In this document: one piece after another, positions 57,593 to 64,000 of the stretch
Layout of the letters: the number at the start of each line of letters is the position of its first letter
How positions within the stretch are numbered: position 1 is the first letter of the stretch
NCBI GenBank assembly: GCA_016930715.1
Contig: JAFGGC010000025.1
Span: 11,008 to 75,007, forward strand
Reading direction: 5' to 3'
Length of the DNA: 64,000 nt
From: Endomicrobiales bacterium
GTDB taxonomy: Bacteria; Elusimicrobiota; Endomicrobiia; Endomicrobiales; JAFGGC01
Translations under genes and position numbers: made by a program
Notes under the pieces: generated by a model
The model's input: only the letters and a program-made list of their open reading frames with translations
Databases searched by the model: none
What the model was told of the DNA's origin: nothing

Positions 57593-58887
57593 TTCCCCAG
57601 AAGCGCCTTTTTACGTCTAAGGCGGTGGTACGAAACCGCGAAACGGTGGGCCTCGTCGCGCACCTTGCGCAGGTGCCTGACCGCAGCGGAGTCCTTGTCG
57701 ATTTCAAGAGGCCCGCTCTTTAAAGGCGTGAAGACCTCTTCCTCTTTTTTCGCAAGCGAGATAACGGGCACTTCCAAACGTAGGGTCTTGAGCGCCGATA
57801 CCGCCGCCGAAAGCTGGCCTTTGCCGCCGTCTATCAGAATCAGGTCCGGAAACGCGCTGCCTTTGCCGGATTTTGCGTACCTTCGCAGGACCACTTCCTT
57901 AATCATCGAAAAATCGTCCTGACCGGATACGCTTTTTATCCTGTATTTTCTGTAACCGCTCCTGTCCGGTTCGGCGCCCGCGAAGCGCACGAGCGAGCCG
58001 ACCGGCTCAAAACCGGAGATATTGGATATGTCTATGGCCTCTATGGAATACGGAAGGTCTTTCAGGCCCAGCGTTTTCTGGAGCTCAAGCATCGCGTCGG
58101 TAGTCTTAATGGACAGGGCGAGGTCCCCTGGCCTGACCTCTTTCACGGTCACCCTTTCTTCCATCGAACCCACGGCCAGAAGCCGGTCCCTGAGCTCCGC
58201 GGCTTTTTCGTAATCGAGATCTTTGCTCGCCGAGGCCATCTCCCTTTCCCAGCGCTTCTTGAGCTCTGAATACCTGCCTTTCAGGAACATCTTCACGCCC
58301 GATATGCCGTCTTTGTATTCCTTCGACGATATTTTGCCGAGGCAGGGCGCGGGGCATCTCTTCGTGTGGTAGTATATGCAGGACTTGACCTTGGATTCCT
58401 TCGGAAGCGCGGTTCCGGAAAACTGCATGCGGCACGGCCGCCACTTGAATACCTTCCTGAGCCACCTCAAAAGCCCCTTCACCGGCATGACGTTAGGGTA
58501 AGGCCCGAAATAAAGGCTTCCGTCCCTGACTATCTTTCTCGTCAAAAAAAGCCGCGGAAAGTCCTCCCTGACGGTGAGTCTCAGGTAAGGGTAGGACTTG
58601 TCGTCCCTCCACATCGAGTTGTAGTAGGGCTTGTGAAGATTTATCAGCTGACGTTCAAGCACAAGCGCTTCGCGCTCGGAAGAGGCCGCCACGAAATCGA
58701 CGTGGCGCAGGGCGCCTACCAGCGCGGCGACCTTTCCTTCGACGTCCTTCCGGAAGTACGACGCCACGCGTTTCTTCAGGTTCTTCGCCTTTCCTATGTA
58801 GATTATGCGCGCGGCCGAATCGCGCATCACGTAAACGCCGGGGCGCGGCGGGATTTCTTTTAGCCGTTCGTCAAGGGAGGTAATCAT
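57589..58887 (-). CDS. uvrC: Excinuclease ABC subunit C, compact form
   Basis: GIY-YIG (PGVY...IYIGKAKNL..R), Cys cluster, UVR (YEKAAELRD), DIS, LIDGGKGQL, RDEAHRFA. Confidence 0.92.
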   Translation of the reverse strand: MITSLDERLKEIPPRPGVYVMRDSAARIIYIGKAKNLKKRVASYFRKDVEGKVAALVGALRHVDFVAASSEREALVLERQLINLHKPYYNSMWRDDKSYPYLRLTVREDFPRLFLTRKIVRDGSLYFGPYPNVMPVKGLLRWLRKVFKWRPCRMQFSGTALPKESKVKSCIYYHTKRCPAPCLGKISSKEYKDGISGVKMFLKGRYSELKKRWEREMASASKDLDYEKAAELRDRLLAVGSMEERVTVKEVRPGDLALSIKTTDAMLELQKTLGLKDLPYSIEAIDISNISGFEPVGSLVRFAGAEPDRSGYRKYRIKSVSGQDDFSMIKEVVLRRYAKSGKGSAFPDLILIDGGKGQLSAAVSALKTLRLEVPVISLAKKEEEVFTPLKSGPLEIDKDSAAVRHLRKVRDEAHRFAVSYHRLRRKKALLGK

Positions 58888-58900
58888 AAGGGATTTCCGT

Positions 58901-60460
58901 TCAGTCTTCTATGGTCGGTTCTTTTTTAAGGACTATGGCAAGCAGAGGTTTTCTTTCTTCAATTTTCAGCACGGCCGACACCGCGAAAAACACTACAAGC
59001 CCGCCTATTATGGAGGTTGAAACGCCGAGCAGGAGGTGGTCCCTGAACAATATGAACGCCGACCACCACGCGAACGCGCCCATCGCGGCGGAGGCGGCAA
59101 GCGACTTGACGAACGTGACCCCTATTCTCCTCAGGCCTAGCGCGCCGATCCTTTTCCTCAATATTACGGCGAGTATCGAAAAGTTCACGCAGGAGGACAC
59201 GGCAGTAGCGAGGGCAAGCCCTCCGACCCTCATCGGCCACATAAGCGCTATGTTGAGAATAACGTGCAGCGCAACGGCGACCGCCGCGGCCTTGACCGGG
59301 GTCTTGGTGTCCTTGAGCGAATAGAAGGCGCTGGCGAATATCTTCGTGACGGCGTACGCCGGAAGCCCGAGCGAATAATAGAAAAGGGCGCTGTTCGTCA
59401 TCAGCGAAGCCGTGCGGTCGAAATTTCCCCTTTCGAAAAGGAGCGATATCACGGGAAGTCCCACTATCATCAGGCCGACGGCCGAGGGCAGCATTATGAA
59501 AACGACGAGCCGTATGGAATAATTCAGGGTGTCCTTGACGGCCGACAGGTCCTTGACCGCCGCGGACTTTGACATCGCCGGCAGCGCCGCGCTCGAAAGC
59601 GCGAGGCCGAATATCGCAAGAGGCAGCTGCATAAGGCGGTTGGAGTAATACAGCGCCGTTATCGAGCCCAGTTCAAGGAAAGACGCGCATATCGTGTCGA
59701 CGAAAGCGTTTATCTGGTCGACGGAAAGGCCGAGCATCGCCGGAACCATGAGAACCATTATCTGTTTCAGGCCCGGATGCTTGAAATCCATCTTCCAGCC
59801 GAGCTTCCATCCCATCGACGCCATCTTCGGCCATTGGACGGCGAACTGACCGAGCCCGCCGACTATCACGCTGATGGCAAGGCCCTTAATCTGGTCGCCC
59901 GGCGCGAACATCGGCGCGAGGGCAAGGATGTAGGTGATCTCCGAAACGCTGAGAGACGCCGACGATATGGCCGGTATGAAAAATGAATTAAGGGTGTTCA
60001 GTATCCCCAGCACGAGGGCCGCAAGGCATATGAAAAGCATGAACGGGAACATCAGGCGCGTCAGGGTTATCGTGAGCTCGAGTTTCTCCGGGTCGTCGGT
60101 GAAACCCCACGCAATAAGGTGGACTATCTGCGGGGCGAAAATGATGCCGAGGGCCGTGAGGACGACAAGAATTATCGTCAGCCCCGTTAAAACCACGTTT
60201 ATCAGCTTCTGGGTTTCTTCTTTAGATTTCGTGTGAAGGTATTCGCTCAATACCGGAATGAACGAAGCCGAGAGCGAACCCTCCCCCAGGAGTCTTCTCA
60301 GGAGGTTCGGTATCCTGTAGGCTGCGTAGAAGGCGTCCGCGAACATCCCGGCGCCGAAGGCGTGAGCGACGAGCATGTCGCGCAAATACCCGAGGATCCT
60401 TGAGATCATCGTCCCGACGGCCACCCTGCTCGCGCTTTTGGTGAGTTTTTCCCGGCTCAT
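58901..60460 (-). CDS. murJ: Lipid II flippase MurJ
   Basis: SRILGYLRD, IPNLLRRLLGEG, RLMQLP, FERG.F, DTKTP. Confidence 0.96.
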   Translation of the reverse strand: MSREKLTKSASRVAVGTMISRILGYLRDMLVAHAFGAGMFADAFYAAYRIPNLLRRLLGEGSLSASFIPVLSEYLHTKSKEETQKLINVVLTGLTIILVVLTALGIIFAPQIVHLIAWGFTDDPEKLELTITLTRLMFPFMLFICLAALVLGILNTLNSFFIPAISSASLSVSEITYILALAPMFAPGDQIKGLAISVIVGGLGQFAVQWPKMASMGWKLGWKMDFKHPGLKQIMVLMVPAMLGLSVDQINAFVDTICASFLELGSITALYYSNRLMQLPLAIFGLALSSAALPAMSKSAAVKDLSAVKDTLNYSIRLVVFIMLPSAVGLMIVGLPVISLLFERGNFDRTASLMTNSALFYYSLGLPAYAVTKIFASAFYSLKDTKTPVKAAAVAVALHVILNIALMWPMRVGGLALATAVSSCVNFSILAVILRKRIGALGLRRIGVTFVKSLAASAAMGAFAWWSAFILFRDHLLLGVSTSIIGGLVVFFAVSAVLKIEERKPLLAIVLKKEPTIED

Positions 60461-60473
60461 AAAGTGAACCCTT

Positions 60474-60553
60474 GATTACACAGATAACTACAGGATTACA
60501 CGGATTTACCGAAGAGAATAATCCGTGCAATCAGCGTTATAATCCGCGTAATC
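60474..60553. repeat. Four-unit GATTAC inverted-repeat element, copy 2
   Basis: GATTACACAGAT / GATTACACGGATT ... AATCCGTGCAATC / AATCCGCGTAATC. Confidence 0.75.
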
Positions 60554-60585
60554 AGAAACTACTGGGTTTTTCAGTAGCCCCTAAT

Positions 60586-60614
60586 TTGACTTTACGGGTA
60601 TTTTTTTATATTAT
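60586..60614 (+). promoter_or_regulatory. sigma70-type promoter of rpsT
   Basis: TTGACT(60586-60591)-N17-TATTAT(60609-60614). Confidence 0.65.
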
Positions 60615-60680
60615 TATGCTTCGTTGTTTTTTTAGTCAAGACCAAATACTGCCCGCCGCCGGCGGGAAAAGGAACGAAAA

Positions 60681-60956
60681 ATGGCTAAACTCAAAACAGG
60701 CAGGCACACATCGGCGCTTAAAGCGGCGCGCCAGGCGCTCCGCCGCAGGACGGTCAACCTTTCCATCAGAAGCGGCATAAAGAGCATCAGGCAAAAGGTC
60801 CAGATCGCCGTAGAAAAAAAAGACAAGACACAGGCTTCTCAACTACTGAAACTCGCCTTCTCGGAATGGGACAAGGCGGTCAAGAAGGGCGTCATACATT
60901 CCAACGCCGCGGCCCATCAGAAAGCCCGCCTTTCCAAGATGGTTCACGCGCTGTAG
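60681..60956 (+). CDS. rpsT: 30S ribosomal protein bS20
   Basis: SALKAARQ...N...RS..KS, DKAVKKGVIH.N.AA..KARL. Confidence 0.95.
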   Translation: MAKLKTGRHTSALKAARQALRRRTVNLSIRSGIKSIRQKVQIAVEKKDKTQASQLLKLAFSEWDKAVKKGVIHSNAAAHQKARLSKMVHAL

Positions 60957-61957
60957 CCGCAAAGCGAAATAATCAGCCTTTCAAACACCATTTCTTCCGG
61001 GAGCGATGAGCTTTTCAGCTCCAAATCCGCTTCAAGCACATCCTCAAGACCTTTCTCCAGCCCTCTCATCGTGTGCTTTGACAGCCGCGCGAAAAAATTC
61101 CTGTCAAAATAGGGGTTGAGGTTCAATTCCTGCCTTATCTCCTGCTGGCTCATTCCTCTTTCCTCGGCGAGGCTCTTGGCCACGGCGAGCCGCTTGACCG
61201 TCCTGTGGATGGTGGCGATAAGCCTCAACGGGATCTCGCCTTCGGACAGGAGTTTCTCTGATATTTTCAGCGCGCTCCTGCAGTCGGACGATTCCACCGC
61301 GTCGGCAAGGCCGTTCAGGTTCGCCTGTTTGGTATGTCCGCTCAGCGCCTCCACGTCGTCAACGCCTATCTCCTGGCGCTTGCCGCAGAAAAGCACGAGT
61401 TTCTCTATCTCGTTTTCCAGGTCGAGAAGGTTCGAACCGGACTCGTTCGCCAGGTATTTTATCGCTCCCGCCGAGATTTTTTTTCCCCTGGACCTTACCT
61501 GCCCAATTATCCATCCCGGAAGTTCGCTGTCATAAAGCGCCCTGAACTCCATAACGTCCCCTGATTCTCCCGCGGCCCTGAAAAGCGAATGCTTCCTGTC
61601 GTCCTTGCGGACCCTTTCCGGCCACACAAGCACGAGGCAGACGCTCTCCGTGGGAAATTTCAGGAACTCGACGAATTTATTCAGGTCCGCGGATTTGAGC
61701 CTGTTGACGTTTTTGACTATCACGAGGCGCCTGCCGGCGAGGAAGGGCATCGTCTGGGCGGCAAGCATCACGTCATTGAGGTCCGCTTCGGGGAACGAGA
61801 ATGTTTCAGTGTTCAGGGAATCTATCTTGAGGTTATCGGAAAGCGCCCGCACCGCTTCTTCAATCAAATAAATCTCTTCCCCGGCAAGCAGGTACAAATC
61901 CCTGAACTTCCCGTTTTTCCACTGGCTTAGGGCTTCCGCGTACTTGATATTTGCCAT
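60944..61957 (-). CDS. holA: DNA polymerase III delta subunit
   Basis: LYLLAGEE.YL, PFLAGRRLVIV, NEIEKL, ADLELK. Canonical leuS-lptE-holA order. Confidence 0.92.
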   Translation of the reverse strand: MANIKYAEALSQWKNGKFRDLYLLAGEEIYLIEEAVRALSDNLKIDSLNTETFSFPEADLNDVMLAAQTMPFLAGRRLVIVKNVNRLKSADLNKFVEFLKFPTESVCLVLVWPERVRKDDRKHSLFRAAGESGDVMEFRALYDSELPGWIIGQVRSRGKKISAGAIKYLANESGSNLLDLENEIEKLVLFCGKRQEIGVDDVEALSGHTKQANLNGLADAVESSDCRSALKISEKLLSEGEIPLRLIATIHRTVKRLAVAKSLAEERGMSQQEIRQELNLNPYFDRNFFARLSKHTMRGLEKGLEDVLEADLELKSSSLPEEMVFERLIISLCGYSA

Positions 61958-61964
61958 GGCGGCC

Positions 61965-62519
61965 CTATTTTGTCGGTACTTTTTTCTCCGAAGCTCCGCT
62001 CACGGAACCGAAACCTTCGTAAGTCCTCTTGATTATGTCCCTGGCGAAAAGGTCCCACAGCTCCTCACGGACCTCCTCCTCGGGCTTTCCGCCCCTTGAA
62101 GGGTCGTAGAATATCTGGATACCTTCCATGTTGGACTCGGTCCACATTGTAACGTTGTTGACCTTATCTACGAAATGGACGTTCAGCAGCACCCAGAGCT
62201 TGTATTGCTCAGCCACCATGTTGGAGTCATAGGTGAGCGGCTGGAGGATATACTTGGTTATCTCGCCGACCACGACGCCGTCGGCATTTTCCTCGTTCAT
62301 TGCGTACTTGATCCTTCCGTCTCTGACGAACTCATCCACGACCTTGAGCGTCAGCTTGTCTTCGATGCCGAACTGGTTCGTCATGTTGACGAACTGCCTA
62401 ACGTAAATCGCCTTGATGTGCGACGGTATTATCTGCGGGGCCGGAGTGTAGGGCGCCGCGCAGCCCAAAAACACCACCGCCGAAAATAGAACCGCCTTCA
62501 ACAGACCTTTTACCTTCAT
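61965..62519 (-). CDS. lptE: LptE-family lipoprotein
   Basis: Lipobox FLGC, I.V..F.N.T, ADGVVVGEI. Between leuS and holA. Confidence 0.8.
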   Translation of the reverse strand: MKVKGLLKAVLFSAVVFLGCAAPYTPAPQIIPSHIKAIYVRQFVNMTNQFGIEDKLTLKVVDEFVRDGRIKYAMNEENADGVVVGEITKYILQPLTYDSNMVAEQYKLWVLLNVHFVDKVNNVTMWTESNMEGIQIFYDPSRGGKPEEEVREELWDLFARDIIKRTYEGFGSVSGASEKKVPTK

Positions 62520-62540
62520 AAACCCTCCTTTTAATAACTT

Positions 62541-62603
62541 AATTTCGAAACAACAATCTCGAATTTCGCCACCGCTTTCAGCGGGGTCCCGCCAAAGGCG
62601 GGA
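62541..62603. repeat. Composite intergenic repeat: TTCGAA element + tandem palindromes CCGCT..AGCGG and TCCCGCCaaaGGCGGGA
   Basis: 62541-62568 matches 9563-9590 at 23/28 positions (hand alignment). Hairpin at 62587-62603. Confidence 0.6.
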
Positions 62604-62617
62604 AAATTTTAATTTTA

Positions 62618-64000
62618 CTACTTTACGATCAGGTTCGCTATCCTCTTCTGAACGTATATGAACTTCACGAGCCTGCCTTTTTCAAGATAGGGCGTAATCT
62701 TTGGGTCTACCGAAACAATCTCCTTCAGTTTTTCCTCCGTTATGTCGGCCACGACGCTTACCGTAGCGCGCAGCTTGCCGTTCACCTGCACGGGAATCTC
62801 TATGGTGTCGTCTATCAGGTATTTCTCGTCGCTTTCAGGCCAACTTTCTTCAAGAAGACTCTTCTTATGCCCCATCTTTTCCCAAAGTTCTTCGCACATA
62901 TGCGGGGCAAACGGCATAAGGAGCAGCACTACCGTCTCCTGCGCCGTTTCAAGGACTCCGTCAGAGCAGGAATCTATCGACGAATAACACTCGTTGACGA
63001 GCTCCATTATCGAGGATATCGCCGTATTCAGCTGGTGCTCCCTTACTATATCGTTGGTTACTTTTTTTATTGTCTGATGAGTCTTTTTCAAGACCGCCGC
63101 GTCGGCCGAGCCTCGTTCCTGCCGCTGGCCGGACTTCTGTTTCGTCGATTTAAGCTCATCCTTCCGGGCTATGAGCCTCCATACCCTGTTGAGGAACCTC
63201 CAGCATCCCTCAAGGCCTTCCTGCGACCAGTCGAGCTGCTTTTCGGGCGGCGCGGCGAAAAGTATGAAAAGACGCGCGGTATCCGCTCCGAACTTTTCTA
63301 TTATCTCGTCTGGCGTCACGATGTTGCCCCGCGATTTCGACATTGCGGCCCCGCCGAGCGTCACCATTCCCTGCGTCAGGAGCTTCTCGAAAGGCTCGCT
63401 GCTTTTGAGAAGGCCTATGTCCCTCATGAACTTGTGCCAGAAACGCGAATATATCAGGTGCATGCAGGCGTGCTCCACCCCGCCCACGTACTGGTCGATC
63501 GGCAGCCAGTAATCGGCTGTCTTTTTATCGAACGGCGTTTTTAAATTTTTTGCGTCCGTGTACCTCGCGAAGTACCACGAGGAATCCACGAACGTGTCCA
63601 TCGTGTCCGTTTCCCGTTTAGACGGCGCGCCGCACTTCGGGCACTTCACTTCGATGAAATCCTTGATGCGGGAAAGAGGCGACTTCCCCTCTCCGGTCAG
63701 CTCGACGTTTTCCGGAAGAACGACTGGCAGGTCCTTTTCCGGCACAGGCACTGCGCCGCATTTTTCGCAGTGGATCACGGGTATGGGCGTTCCCCAGTAC
63801 CTCTGGCGCGATATGAGCCAGTCTTTCAGCCGGTAATTGACGGCCTTCTTGCCTAGTTTTTTGGATTCGAGCCACTTCGTGACCTTTTCGGCGCCCTCTA
63901 CCGACGGCGTTCCGTCGAACTCGCCCGAGTTGACCATCACGCCTTCGCCTTCATATGCGCATTTCGCGATGGACGAATCCTTGCTGTGAATGACCTCAAC
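62618..64000 (-). CDS. leuS: Leucine--tRNA ligase (C-terminal part; 5' end outside window)
   Basis: DWLISRQRYWGTPIP, RETDTMDTF, GGVEHA, AMSKS, QVNGKLR. Confidence 0.97.
   Translation of the reverse strand, partial: VEVIHSKDSSIAKCAYEGEGVMVNSGEFDGTPSVEGAEKVTKWLESKKLGKKAVNYRLKDWLISRQRYWGTPIPVIHCEKCGAVPVPEKDLPVVLPENVELTGEGKSPLSRIKDFIEVKCPKCGAPSKRETDTMDTFVDSSWYFARYTDAKNLKTPFDKKTADYWLPIDQYVGGVEHACMHLIYSRFWHKFMRDIGLLKSSEPFEKLLTQGMVTLGGAAMSKSRGNIVTPDEIIEKFGADTARLFILFAAPPEKQLDWSQEGLEGCWRFLNRVWRLIARKDELKSTKQKSGQRQERGSADAAVLKKTHQTIKKVTNDIVREHQLNTAISSIMELVNECYSSIDSCSDGVLETAQETVVLLLMPFAPHMCEELWEKMGHKKSLLEESWPESDEKYLIDDTIEIPVQVNGKLRATVSVVADITEEKLKEIVSVDPKITPYLEKGRLVKFIYVQKRIANLIVK

Overview
Bacterial chromosomal window from a diderm (lipid A-making) organism. 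Gene order and protein style suggest Elusimicrobiota, which is inference only. Almost everything is on the minus strand: type IV pilus genes (pilC, pilT, a degenerate pilB), coaD, recG, a short RelA/SpoT, a large outer-membrane biogenesis run (clpC-tamB-bamA-skp-lpxD-lpxC/fabZ-lpxA-lpxI-gnnA-like-lpxB-msbA), ilvE, lolDE, lysS, frameshifted prfB, lnt, secA, csp, uvrC, murJ, holA, lptE and leuS. The standout is an approximately 10.5 kb co-oriented cluster at 45025-55363. It couples a dedicated type II PKS/FAS (active KS, catalytically dead CLF-like KS, ACP, KR, DH) and a FadL-type lipid channel to a PhcB-like SAM methyltransferase, a 7TM-GAF histidine kinase, a stand-alone receiver and a GAF-HD-GYP phosphodiesterase. 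This reads as a candidate lipid-signal (quorum-sensing-like) circuit. Its methyltransferase and sensor-input half form an AT-rich block that may be a swappable cassette. Other points of interest are a c-di-GMP-binding (MshEN) PilB pseudo-ATPase, a hairpin-split ribosome-binding site in front of the FadL gene, and three small intergenic repeat families. No rRNA, tRNA, CRISPR array or transposase was recognised.
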